From Octopus bimaculoides (lineage: Eukaryota), in assembly GCF_001194135.2 (NCBI RefSeq), contig NC_068992.1, positions 53,116,112 to 53,180,111 on the forward strand: a DNA stretch of 64,000 bases, written 5' to 3'. Shown here in pieces: positions 25,365 to 38,746 of the stretch; position 1 is the first letter of the stretch; every line of letters starts with the position of its first letter. Under the pieces are notes generated by a model. That model worked only from the letters and a program-made list of their open reading frames with translations. It searched no databases and had not been told where the DNA came from. The translations under genes were made by a program, and so were the position numbers.

Positions 25365-28300
25365 TGTGTATGAATGTATGTATGCATTTACCTTTGCGTG
25401 TCCGTGTGTGTGTGTGAGTGTATGTAGGAGCGGATGCAGTTTGTTGCTACAGAGACTAAAATCGATAAATTGCACAGAATATCGATTACCCAGTGTTTAT
25501 GTTCATTTTGATTTTGTTATTAAAGAAAACATTCTTTTTATTATTATTAAGAATATTGTTACTTTTGTTGATGTTATTATTGCTGATATGATAATGATAG
25601 TTATTTTTATTATTACTATCATTATTAAAATTATTATTAACATTAACAGCATCAGCATTATCAACATCATGTTTTCAATACATTAGTTTCATCCGTGTAT
25701 TTACTACACGAATAAGTATCTGATCTCCATTGACAAGAATACAATAGATTTCGGATTTTCTCGTTCTAATCTCCCGAAATATATCAATAAGGGATACCTT
25801 ATTGCTGGGACCCTAAATAGTATATATTATATATAAAGGGTATATATAGTAGGTCCGTAGTATTAATTCTGTTTATTTCTTATTGTGCAGTACCGCCATG
25901 ATCCAAGTGAACATGAAAGAATACACAATTTGGACTTCGATTTTATAAATACAGAGCGATTTACCAAAACGTACAATGAATTATTGTAGCCGCTACAATA
26001 ATTCAATGTAACGTATAAAATTTTAAAATTTTTTTAATTTTTTTTATTTTGCGTATTAGATTCATTAGCTGCAAAATTGTTGTAGGCGAAAGATTACGCT
26101 TTGTGTAAGAGGCGGAATCAAGTTACTGTTGGAAATAATTGTATATCAAATTATTTAAATATCTAATCCAATTGCTATAATGGTTGATCAATTACATGCA
26201 CTTTTCTGAATTTGATGTAATCTTGAATTAAGCTACAGGTTTCTTAAAACGACAACTTAGTTTCGATGATCTAAGAATGTTGTCTTAATGATGTTTACAT
26301 GTGACATAACGTGTAATATATATTCACTTCCGGCAATAATTTTTACAACACTACATGCATCATACGTATTTATACCAGGATATATAGAAATGTTTTTAAT
26401 GATGATAGAGAACACGTTGTAATACTTACTGCTGCCTCTTCTAAAAATATTTATTGTTTTGACCCATGAAATGCTCGCTTTGAAATAGATTGGTAAAAAA
26501 TACCGAATTGACACAATACCCATTTGAAACTTAGAATGAGTAAATACACTCCCACTATAGAATATTATAATTATATGATATTTCTCTTTGTGAAATAAAT
26601 ATGCTTAAAAAATGCATCACAAATTTTTCACCACATTGAATTATATATANNNNNNNNNNNNNNNNNNNNNNNNNNNNNNNNNNNNNNNNNNNNNNNNNNN
26701 NNNNNNNNNNNNNNNNNNNNNNNNNNNNNNNNNNNNNNNNNNNNNNNNNNNNNNNNNNNNNNNATACATATGTTTATATATATTTATACATACATACATA
26801 TATGCTTAGATGTGTCGGAATCCGTTCGTACATATAAAACCTGACAATTCGAATAGAAACAATACGTTACAGGTATATCAAATTCGCAATGTCGTCTTGA
26901 GTGTATATTAACATTTTAATGCCGAGGGTAACACGTTAGATACACTCCACTTTGGTACTACTACATTAATTATCCGATGTGCCCATTGTATTGAGTCTGA
27001 TTTGAGAGTTATTTGAATATTACATCTAACTAATTTTGCTGTAATATAATGTCGTTTTATTTTTTCCATTGTTTAATTCTAGTTGAAAGAGACTGACACA
27101 AAAAGATTCCAACACTGAAGCCACGGAGGCTTTTTCGTTTTTCTTGTTCACCATGTATAATTTTATCCAATATTTATTTCCCTTCACTCAAAACGCAGCA
27201 GTGTAATTTTACAGGTTCTGCCATTTTTCAGACGAGTCACAATTTACGTCCTCACTCAGTGCCTAGTCGTCATTTCATTTGGCTATACTTACATTCTCTC
27301 AGTGTAATGCTTTGTGTAGACATGTTTTCCGTATATTTTATGTAGTATCGAATTACAAGTCAATCCACTGCTCCCAATGATTCACATAGGTATTGTTTTA
27401 ATCCTCATATTATATTCCTTTTGATAAGGCACATTGACTTGAATTTACGAGAGAAGAAATGGGAAGTTGTGATGTGCTTGGAATTTAGAAGGGGATTATT
27501 GACCTGAATGAAATGAAAGGGCTTCAATTGGTAATTCTGATAGCATCGTCGACTCGGCTCAACAGATTCCTTTTTAGTCAGTCCGGCTGGCGCTGCACAA
27601 ATGTTAAAGTATTGTGGCATGATTGATGTATATTTTGTTCAACTGATACAATAATGGCATGAACACATCTAATCAAAGATTGAAATGTTTGAAGGTAACA
27701 TAAGTATTGTTCGAGAATTTAATTATATACATTCAGTGTGTTTCTTTTCTTTGATCTTACCAGCGTAGAAAGTAAAGTGTTATTGTGTAATACCAGAACA
27801 GAGACATTTAGGTTATGTTGCAGATTGTGGAGAATCCTGAAACATTATAGTTTACAGGGTTTCGTACAATTCTCTGATTTCTTACAAATTTAATGCAATG
27901 CTCTTACTGACTTTTAGATGTGACTTAATGGGGAAGATAATTTTATCTCAGTGGCACGCAGTCTTTCGTATATATATAGCTGCGACATGTGTAATACAAA
28001 TCACCATTAGTTTGTACAGGCCTCCCCTCACGTGTTTATTTGATGAGTTTCTTCTTTACGTATTAAAATTACTTTACTTTAATATATCGGGTTTTATCAT
28101 TCAGGGCATCAGTATTTGCCAACTTTTACGTCCTACTGTAGTTTTCTTTTAACATGAATCAAGTTTTGTACAAGAAAGCATCTATGCATTGAATCTACGG
28201 AATAATGGAATTGTTTGTGTAATGAAGGAATATAAATTTCTTACTTAACAATTCCTTTTGTGGAATTTTGAAGCCTGCACTTATTTTCCCGAAACTATCA

Positions 28301-28949
28301 TTTTAATTATGAGAAATATAATCCAATGCATAAACATGCCCATTCACAAACCTTTCCTTTAATGCTAAATTTTGTGGTGATGGATTTTAAATCCAAATAA
28401 AAGTGTTCTTATGTTCTCCTGTTATATATTTTCGTTGACTTAACATCAAAATTCTCAATTACATGATAATTAAAATGAATTAATCAGTACGTTTGTGTGT
28501 TTCTAGTAATTACATTTTGCACGGTTTTGATTTCTGTTCCAAATACTAATCCTACTCGTATGTTTTGGTACAAGAATTGCCACTCTTCTGTACATGTCAA
28601 GTTCTCCTAACTTAGAAGCGATTTTATTTTTTTTATATTCATTTGTCACTTTATATATTTATAAATATGTTTTATGAATTCCTGATGTTTAGTGATTACA
28701 AAATCCCTTTTACATTCATGGATGGATTTATTAGATGAAACAAACATAATTTTATAGTATTCATACACAAGATAGGAACTTCGCTGTAAATGCAGTGAAG
28801 TCTAATTCAATGCAGATGTCTGTTAATACTCTCAAAACCGTGTGAAGCTAAAGAAAAAAACTGATATCAGCCAGCATCCGGTCGACTTTTAAGAAGCGAT
28901 AACTAATGACCTTCGTATTTTATTCTTACGCTAATTGGATGAATTCTAA

Positions 28950-29168
28950 TACCGGTTTCAAATTTTGGAATAACGCAAGCAATTTCGAGGGAGCGGGTAA
29001 TTTGAGTACATCGACCCCAGTGTTGAAATGTTATTCATGTTACAGACCGCGAAAGGATGAAGTGTAAAGTGGACCTCAGCGGAATTTGAGCGCAGAACAT
29101 AGCGACGGAAAATATGACGCTAAGCATCTTGCCCGGCGTCCTAAAGATTCTGCCATCTCGCCGACTTG
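28950..29168 (-). mobile_element. SINE family A copy
   Basis: ...CATCGACCCCAGTG...CGAAAGGATGAAG...GACCTCAGCGGAATTTGAGCGCAGAAC...TTGCCCGGCGTCCTAAAGATTCTGCCATCTCGCC. Confidence 0.82.
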
Positions 29169-29191
29169 AAATCTAATATTAGCAATATTTT

Positions 29192-29360
29192 AAGGCAGCG
29201 AGCTAGCAGAATCGTTAGCACGCCGATCTGAGTTCAAATTCCGTGTAGGTCGGTTGCGCTGTCCATCTTCTCGAGGTGTATAAAATAAGTGCCAATCGAA
29301 CACTGGGGTCGATCTAATTACCTTATGCCCTCCTTTGAAATCGTGCTAAAAATTTGAAAT
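29192..29360 (+). mobile_element. SINE family A copy (internally deleted)
   Basis: AAGGCAGCGAGCTAGCAGAATCGTTAGCACGCCG joined directly to TCTGAGTTCAAATTCC, then ...ACTGGGGTCGATCTAAT. Confidence 0.82.
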
Positions 29361-29744
29361 TAATATTAGCAATGTTTTCTACCAATGCTTTGATATTATT
29401 GATATGAAAATTTTATTCCGCACACATATCTAATTCAAAATTTTCGTTATAGTGAAAATAATAAGAGGGATTGTTTAGAACAGCAGACGATCGCTTCTTA
29501 GTGATAGTAGTTTATATCCCGTCACTGGCTGTAAAAATATCTCACCGTGTACATCAATACAAGTTCCATTGAAATTTCTAGGGACAAAAGCAAAGGAAAT
29601 AAATGTAATGAGCTTTCACAAGTGTATGAATATTTATCTCTCAGGTTCCACGTCATAATGTCTTAAAAACACCAGCCAAATTGCCTGATAAATTATTTAG
29701 ACGACTTATGGTTGGAATATCGAGGTTACAGTGGAAGAGATGAA

Positions 29745-29962
29745 AATGTTTGTTCCAAATTTTGGCACTAGGTCATCAAGATCGGGGAAGGGTTTAAATC
29801 GATTATCTCGACAGCAGAGCTCAACTGACACTTATTTTATCGACTCCGAAATGATGTAGGGCAAAGTTGACCTTGTGAGAAATTGAACCCAGAACGTAAG
29901 GACGGACTAAATGTAGCTATGCAATTTGTCCAGCGTGCTAATGATTCTGCCAGCTCGCCACC
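29745..29962 (-). mobile_element. SINE family A copy
   Basis: ...CACTTATTTTATCGACTCCGAAATGATG...GGCAAAGTTGACC...CAGAACGTAAGGACGG...GCGTGCTAATGATTCTGCCAGCTCGCCACCTT. Confidence 0.82.
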
Positions 29963-31733
29963 TTCATTCAGTGATGAAAATATTAACGATAGCTTAGACA
30001 TCAGAAGGAGAAACAATCTTTCTATGTTTACTTTCTCTCCGTCGGTTTCTCGACCACTCTCTCTTTCTCTATCTCCCTCTATATCTCTCGCTCTCTTTCT
30101 CTTTCTTATTGTCTTCCTCTTAACTCAGGCAATTTTTACACTTACTGTAAGGACAAATATGTGTCTCAATGTGAACCTAAAAGAAGAAAAATGTCCGTTT
30201 ATGACGATGTTCTTCCTGTTACTTTTTCATACTTAAGTTTGGTTAAATTTTGCGTCCATTACCTGAGCTATTTCTAGCATTGGAAATAAGCTTATATGAT
30301 TCAATTCCATGTAACGTCATTAATTTCCGTTGAACACGATGTAAGTTTTGTTAAGGTTTTATCAACAATTTACAGCTTCCTATAAGTAATGAAATGTTAT
30401 TTGTATTGGCATGTAATTAAATGATGATGTATAAAAGCTTTTGGAAAGAAAGAAGGGAAAGGCAATTATCTGTTATACAGCTCTCTCAATATGTCAATAG
30501 TTTACCTTAGTTGCAGTTAACTGGAATGGTAACTGACTGTATTTATTTTTCTTTATTTTTAACTCTAGAGCAATTTGGTTCATATATGACGACCAAACGC
30601 TAAGTTATAGACAGATTTATTCTGCATAAATGTATTACGTTTTATTTTCCATATAGAAATTGTCAATACCTTAATGCTAACAATTTCTGAGATTACACCT
30701 ACTTCCAAATCTAACATGAAACTAAGCGCATGTGGTACAGTACTATACATCATCGTTTATTCGCCTAATCTAAGAAGATACTAAATATAAAAGTGACGAG
30801 CCCTGGTACATTTCAGTTATATAAAATAACGCAGAAACTCCTAATATGTCATTGGTGAAAGATATTGAATACGTTTTTATTGTTAATATGAATTTTGTTT
30901 TCAATTAACTACCTTAAATATTTATACTATTCCATAGCTAGAGAGGAGAAACGTCACAAATTTTTGTTCGGAAACTGATCAAAGAATATTGATAATTGTA
31001 TGCGTAAAGCTTCACTTGCATTGAAAATTTGTCTTAATCAACAATTTTAACGGAGATCAAATAACGAAAAAGAATAAATAAAATTATCGCAATTACTAAG
31101 TTTAATCATGTATGAACACAATTCAAATTCAGTCCCATGCTGTGTTTTTTCTTGTGTCTCTGGGTGATTTGTATCGCTTTATCTTGGCGTGGTTTCAGTT
31201 TCAATCCCAATGAGACAGTTCGCATATTTACTTGAATCTGCTAACGTCTTTGGAGAGAAATTTGTAGAAGCGAAACGGAAACTATGTTTTAAATCTATCA
31301 ACTTATAAGTGGATTTTGCATTTTATATTTGCCTGAGCAAGTGGGAGTCAATAATATTACATTACCAGACATTAAAGAGAAGATGATTGATTAATATAAA
31401 TGGACATCATTGAAACACAATACTGAAGGCGACAGTTCTCTATGACATCGAAAATACTGTTTACACAGAAACATATTGACCTGAGAGGGCTGTGTTGTGA
31501 ATATAATTCTATCAAATCAAGGGGCTTCGCGAAAGTTATTTATTACTCTCACTCTCTCTCTCTCCATCTATCTCTCTACCTCTTCGTTTTTCCCTCTCCC
31601 TTTCTATCTATCTATCTATCTCTTTCACTCACTCTCCCTCCAAATTTCTAACAGATATCACACAATTTGCTCACCCACTTCATGTACATACCTCCTGCCC
31701 CACTGCTCACTCACCTCCCTCTCTCTCTCTCTG

Positions 31734-31782
<49 letters not shown>

Positions 31783-31969
31783 CTCTCTCATCGTCTCATT
31801 CTTTCTGGCACTCAGTCACACTTTCTTTTTACCCCTCGATAATTCTTTTCGAAATCAGTTGTAAGCATTGTGGCCAGCTCCAATTATAACAATGACGCAT
31901 TTTCTTTATCCTGCTATATCGAAGAGTCTCTGCAAAAAAGTCATAGGATGTTTCTTCTGATAAATACTT

Positions 31970-32170
31970 TAAAACGAATTCCTGATATTCGGGATTCGTG
32001 ATGGGTTATTCTTGATTGAAATGGAGAAGGCATACGACATCTGCTGTGTAGTATATCAGGGATAAATAAATTTGCGCATATGAATTACTACATTTAGTTT
32101 TGCAACCGAGATTCTGATAGAATATACGTTAAATTTTCATTGCAAACATATGTCTGAATATAGTTGTTTC
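31970..32170 (+). mobile_element. possible decayed LINE RT fragment
   Basis: GLFLIEMEKAYD resembles the LINE RT motif FxDxEKAYD. The rest is heavily disrupted. Confidence 0.3.
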
Positions 32171-33184
32171 CTATCATATTTCAGATGAAATTCAATAATT
32201 ACTCGAAAAATTCAATTTGTATCTACTTTCTTTATAATTGAATGATTATACGTTTAATAAAATAATTGTATTTTATAAACGTTTGAAGGGAATATTCAAC
32301 ATAGTATCATCAAATAGCTTACAGGGTTTGGAATTAAATAATTTTAGACACAATTTTGTTAATGAAGACTTACACAACAAAATAATTAGTGAATAAATAT
32401 GATTTTAGACTCATTACTAAACAATCAGTTATGTCAGCAATATATCAACTTTTCCAATAACAAAAAATCAGTATCAATATAAAACATGCATACATACATA
32501 CATATGTATGCCTATATGTATACACACACATATACATACATGGACACACGCACACACGCATATATATACATATATGAATAAATAGATAGATATACATACA
32601 TACACACACACTCATATTTATATCGATGCAATATTTATCAATATTTTCTCTTATTTATTTTCAAGCTTTATCAAATTGAATATGGAACTGCTCGAGAACT
32701 GCTCGCATCGCCCCCAGAAGTGATGGTTCAAGCTGGCATTGAATTAATCATCTATAATTTACAAACCACTCGGCTAGGACACATAATATAAAATGACCCT
32801 CTTTTAAATGTATACATGGACATTAGGACAAATACATATGTGAGTATAAGCGTACATAGATGCAGGTGTAGAAATTCCCTGTGAGCGCTAAATATCAATA
32901 AAAGCGAAGAATGTATTGGGACGTTTCTTACAAAGCTATTTATGCTGTCATAATATTTCAGAAAAAAACAATATCCCTTTTCTAAAATCCACAGAGTGCA
33001 ACACAAAACAATGATACGTACAATAATCCTTATTTCTTTCATGTTTTACAATATTTATACAGACGTGAACTGTCGAAATAGTGCATATACTTACAATACA
33101 CTTGCCCTATTTTTCACATTAAGAATCTAAGATTCATTACGCATTGGTGATCAAAAGGTTTTACTTATTCGTTTATAACTGTTT

Positions 33185-33372
33185 CGAATTATGGCACAAG
33201 ACTGCATCTAAGACCAGTGCTCAACTGGCACTTATTTTATCGACGCCGAAAGATCAGAGGCAAAGTCGACCTCGGCAAAATTTCAAGTCCGAATGTAAAG
33301 ATGGACGAAATGTCACTAGATATTTTACCCATTTTGTTAACTATTCTGCCAGTACATCGCCATCCTTGGTCG
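33185..33372 (-). mobile_element. SINE family A copy
   Basis: CCAGTGCTCAACTGGCACTTATTTTATCGACGCCGAAAGATCAGAGGCAAAGTCGACCTCGGCAAAATTTCAAG. Confidence 0.82.
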
Positions 33373-34309
33373 TTAACAATATATTTCAACACTCTGCTTA
33401 ATTTACATTCCAACTATGCACTTTATCGAATGACGGTCAATACGAATACACTACGTCAAAGCAAAGAGACATACAGGCAGAGTAATGTAATTAAGTAGTA
33501 TGGCAACAAGATACCCCAAGAGATACTTGTCCTTGACATCGAAAATGCTATTTATACAGTATCATATTAAAGTGGCATCCCTGCGTTCTGTACTTTATTT
33601 TAACAAATCTATGGAATTTACACGAATCATTGAAATTCTTGTTGCTTATTTCTAATAGATTTCACAAGATTTGCATTGTAGCTTCTCAAACGGTTATCTC
33701 GTCATCTCTGTCCAACTCTCTCTTCTCTGCTTTTATGTCTCTTTCTTTTGCTCTCATTCTCAGTGTATCTTTCTCTTCACCACTCAATCTCTTAACTATC
33801 TGTATTACCTCTCGAAATCACTGTATTTGTCCAGAATATTTGTGTCACTTTATATCAAGAAGAGTAGTCGTAATACTACCAGAAACACACAGCTGCATTA
33901 ACGTATATGCGCGCATATATGTATATGTATATTTGTGCGGAAATATATCTACATGTACATACAATGCACAACACAGGGAACGCTAATAAAAAAAATTGGT
34001 AATTGATTTCAGTCTAGAATGAAGAAAATACACGTCATATCATGATATTTCATCGCTGGATAAAAAGGAAAGAAGAGAAGTGATTCAACAGAGATAAAGG
34101 CGAAAACTGTAGATGTTAATAATTTACGAAATTGAAATAAGATTGGATAAGTAGTGGAAAGTGTTATTTCAGTAAAAATTGGAAAGTAAAGTTGGTAATT
34201 AGTGCGGGGTTGCCATGTCTATACGGAGCTTAATACGTCTATCGCACGTGAATTAGCGTTGTAAATTATTATTGTTGTGTGGTATGTATAATATTCTTTT
34301 CTATTCTAT

Positions 34310-34430
34310 GCACAAGACCCGAAAATTTTACGAAAGGGGCCAGTCGATTAGATCGAAACAAATACGCGACTGGTACTTGATTTATTTCCCCCGAAAGGAT
34401 GAAAGGCAAAGTCAACCTCACCGTAATTTT
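34310..34430 (-). mobile_element. SINE family A partial copy
   Basis: GGGGCCAGTCGATTAGATCGA...CTGGTACTTGATTTATTTCCCCGAAAGGATGAAAGGCAAAGTCAACCTC. Confidence 0.75.
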
Positions 34431-35522
34431 AAGTGGTGTGTGTAATATTGTGTGAGAGCGTATGTTGGTGTATGGTAGTAATAGTTGAATTTATATTAGT
34501 GTGATATATGCGTGGATGCTGTGTGAGTTTATGATGAACTAACGAGTTCAGTGAAGTGCAATGCTGTTGTGTCGTGTATGTAGATTTTAGAAAAGACGCT
34601 ATATGATCGTACAAAAGCACGCGTTTTGGCATTCTTCCAATTTGTCAACAACAAACAGTAAATCTGTTATTCACAACCGAATAAGAATTAATTCGTTCTT
34701 ACAAGAATAGCATACGTTACTTTTCCTGAACTGAGTAAAGTTTGGTTAAGCAAAAATTAACAGAGGCAATTTCTCACGAAATAATCTGGAATAAAATATG
34801 TGTGAAAAACCATTATTATCACGTTTGTGTGAACTCCAAGGATAGAATATTTCTACACTCTAAACATTACCGGGAGAAATTTTTTTTGTTTTGACATGTG
34901 TGGAAACATTTATATTGTGCTGTGGATGACGTTGAATCACATGGCGCATCTTCGGGCTTCGGGAATCCAAGTGTCCCGTGTCAAAAAGGCAGAGAGATGA
35001 GAAAATTAGTTACGCGTCACGTGTTGGCAATAGATAGAAGAGAAGGAGGATGAAAGAGAGAGGAATAGAGAGAGAGAGAGGGGAGAGAGAGAGAGAGAGA
35101 GGGGGAGAGAGAGAGAGAGAGAGCGGCATGCCTACTATTGGGGATATTTTTTGGCAAATTTCGTTCTAAATTTTCACTTTGCTAAAGGCAAACACCTTTT
35201 GTATAGAAATTGATTAATTAAATCATTTTCAAGATTCCTAAAAGTGCTACATTCTTCAGACTGAAGGTTACGCTCATACTGTTCATGAAAATATATCTTT
35301 TAGCATTTAACTTTTCCAGAAAAAAAATATCGTATAAATTGAAAATAAAGTTTTATAAAAGATAATTAAAATGTATCATTATTAATAATCGAATTAAATC
35401 AGAAACACTCGAAATTCTTCTGGCAATTACTATTGTCATTATATGTATTAATCTTTATCTGTCATTATTGACATTGTTATAGTTATATATTTGCGATCAT
35501 AATTATCAACCCATAAGAAAAA

Positions 35523-35545
35523 TACTACTACTGCTGCTGCTGCTG

Positions 35546-35609
<64 letters not shown>

Positions 35610-35846
35610 GACGACGACGACGACGACAGATATTAATAATGATAATAGTTTAAAATTTTGCCACAAGGGCAGCGATTTGGGGTGACAATTATTATTATTA
35701 TTATTCAGTAGTTTTATTTTTATGACGTGCTTTCACTTCACTACCGAGCGCAGCTCTGTGCGCCTTGGGTATGTGCTGTGGTTTGCTGTGGTGCTCTTAT
35801 GTTTACTGTATTGAAAGTGTTTTGCGTAGAATGTGTGCAGTACCCA

Positions 35847-35912
<66 letters not shown>

Positions 35913-35915
35913 CAT
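35523..35915. repeat. trinucleotide microsatellites (CTA)n/(CTG)n/(CGA)n and (TAT)n
   Basis: Directly visible at 35523-35626 and 35848-35915. Confidence 0.95.
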
Positions 35916-35939
35916 TATTGTTTGTCTTTCTACTATATG

Positions 35940-36190
35940 CACAAGGCCTGAAACTGGTACTTTATTTATCGACCCCGAAAATCCACCTCGGCAAAATTTG
36001 AACTCAGGTTGTACAAATGGAAGAAATGCTGCTGAACGACTAATAATGATCCTTTTTTTTATTAAAGGGGCAGAGCCTGACATTTTTGGCGAAGGGACAA
36101 GTCAATAATATCGACACTGTTGTTTCACTGGTACTTAATTTATCGACCCCAAAAGGATGAAAGTCAACGTCGTCCTAGACGGAATTTAAG
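35940..36190 (-). mobile_element. two partial SINE family A copies in tandem
   Basis: CACAAGGCCTGAAACTGGTACTTTATTTATCGACCCCGAAAA (~35940-36045) and CTGGTACTTAATTTATCGACCCCAAAAGGATGAAAGTCAACG (~36075-36190). Confidence 0.78.
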
Positions 36191-36548
36191 TTAAGATCTT
36201 GGGTTCTGTACATAGTCTACCTGAGAAACTGTATCCATATTTAATGATGAAGTTCTCTGAATATAAAATCTTACAGAATTTTGATGAAATTTATTTAAGA
36301 TACAAATATGTATACCATGTGCCTGTTTGTGTGTTTTTGATTCTCATTCATTAGCATAAAATAAACCGATTTAATATTTTATTACATTATAATTAATTAT
36401 CCTTGCCTTAAGCAAGTTAATTAAAGAAACAGTATTTCTCACCAACACAAATTAGAAAGACAAATCTACCAGACGAATATGTTTTCGGAAAAAAATATTG
36501 TAAGCCATCATTACAATTTATGCAGTTATTCAGCATATAATATATATA

Positions 36549-36603
<55 letters not shown>

Positions 36604-36657
36604 GCAAGCATACAAAGATATATATCAATTGTGTATGTTCTTTTATTCTTTTATTTG

Positions 36658-36790
36658 TTTCAGTCATTTGGCTGAAGCCATGCTGGAGCACCGCCTTTAG
36701 TCGAACGCCGAAACGCTGAGATACGGGTACATAAACACACCAACATCGGTTGTCAAGCGATGATAGGGGGACAAACACGGATACACAAAA
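36658..36790 (-). mobile_element. SINE family B 3' module
   Basis: GCCATGCTGGAGCACCGCCTTTAGTCGA...AAACACACCAACATCGGTTGTCAAGCGATG...GGGGGACAAACAC is the reverse complement of 51198-51368. Confidence 0.85.
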
Positions 36791-36811
36791 CATATACACA
36801 TAACAATATAT

Positions 36812-37333
36812 ATAGAAAGAGTGAAGAAGACTTCTCTACCTACACACGCAGAGTCAACAAGGAGTGTGAGAGATTTAGTCTGTGAGTGATTTAGAGATGC
36901 ACGTGAAAAAAGATTATCCGTATAAAAACGCAGAATGTTTTCACTCCGGGTTTACAGGACATATAAAATCGCATGGCAAACCTAAAATGATAGGCAAATG
37001 GAACATACAAGGAAAAATAATAAACTAAGATTGTATTCAGACTTCTCAACCGGAATAAACGACTTTTAATTTAAAATCAAACAAAATTACCCACTACGAA
37101 ACCAAGAAGTAGTATTTGCTAAACTTAACGGAGTAAAAATTGTCGAAGTTAAACCTCTCAGAGGCCTACCTTCAAATTCAGTTACAGGAAGATTGCACAC
37201 ATCTACTAACAATCAACTCACAACGTGGATTGTACAACTTCAAACGACTGCTGTTTCGAGTAAAAGTGGCACTCGCCATATTCAAACAAATAATGGATGC
37301 GATGTTAACTGATTACGACTTCCTCATCGCATA
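36812..37333 (+). mobile_element. Ty3/Gypsy (K02A2.6-like) LTR-retrotransposon relic: gag fragment plus RT fragment
   Basis: RKSEEDFSTYTRRVNKECERF is gag-like. It is followed by KLRLYSDFSTGIND...NYPLRNQEVVFAKLNG and SKLNLSEAYLQIQLQEDCTHLLTINSQRGLYNFKRLLFRVKVALAIFKQIMDAMLTDYDFLIA, matching the Gypsy RT up to just before YLDD. Stops and frameshifts are present. Confidence 0.85.
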
Positions 37334-37334
37334 A

Positions 37335-37428
37335 TCTATCGGTCCGTTTCGCTGAACCGCTACGATACGGGGATATAAACGCACCAGCACCGGTTGTCAA
37401 GTGATGGTCGAGGAACAGACACAGACAT

Positions 37429-37520
<92 letters not shown>

Positions 37521-37663
37521 GTCAGGCATCTTTCAGTTTCCGTGTATCAAGTCCTATCACAAGGACCTGGTCGGACCGACACTTGCACAAGGTACCGCGC
37601 AGTGGGACTAAACACAGAACCTTGTGGTTGGTAAGCAAGCTGCTTACGACATAATCACGCCTG
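37335..37663 (-). mobile_element. SINE family B composite (head - (TA)n - 3' module)
   Basis: Reverse complement of 50996-51368: 3' module at 37335-37430, (TA)n at 37436-37519 and tRNA-like head at 37520-37663. Confidence 0.87.
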
Positions 37664-38746
37664 CTTCTATAGACACAAATATATACATATACATGGGTGT
37701 GTTATATAATTATCCAATAATTATCTGTGCGAGCGGAAATATTTAGAATCCAAATAGATTCAAAGTGATTTTTATTAATAATCCGTGACGAAAATAAATT
37801 TATCTAGATCACTATTTAATATCTAAATCGAAACCCGTGTTCTTTGTTTCGCCTCATATATATTGCGCTTGATCTTACAAACTTCATAATGCAAGACGTA
37901 TTTTTTTTCTTTTTCGAATGCTTCCACAGCTATTGTTCTAAGGAAGAAATATTTCATAATTCAACTCTTTAATGGCATTCTAATATTTTACTACATCAAT
38001 TTTATAAGTATTTTCACATTGCTATATCACTTTGAGAACACGCTGTCATCTGACTGACAGAAACAAAGGGACATTTTCTCCAAAGTAAACGATATTATGA
38101 AATTGATGACTTATATTATGGAGAAAACTCATATTCATAAAGTGCAATGTTACAAAACATTAATTGAAAAATATAACATTTGTATTATATATTGCTGACA
38201 TCTGTTCAGGGACTCAAAGCATGCATTATCTATAGTTAACTTTATTCCTTATTGCTGAGTATATGATATCACATTAGTTTTTGCAGAACATATATTATCA
38301 TCAAATAGCATAAATATGTTATATAAGTAAGCTATATTGATATCATTTTAAATCAAGTGAATAAGAAACGAAGCCATAAAAATGCATAGACAAGAACCCC
38401 GCACACAAGCATTTGTGTGTATTTGTGTGTGTGTGTCTGCGCGTGCGCGCGCGTATGTATGTGTGTGTTTGTGCGAGTGTTTGCGTATGTGTGTGTTTGC
38501 TTATTGGCACAAACACACACACAGAAGTACGCTTAAGCCAACGCTTTTTTAAGTGTCGATATATTTCAAATTTGCAATTTTCATGTATTTGTCCAATATT
38601 AATAGTTAGCCGAATATTCTAGAACGAATAACAATTCACAATACGTTTGAAATGAAATATCGGATATGAATCACTTTGAAGAGGTTTACGTATAAACTTC
38701 TTGCTCCTTGGGTCACTTTCAATGCAGGTCAAATCTGAAATATATA

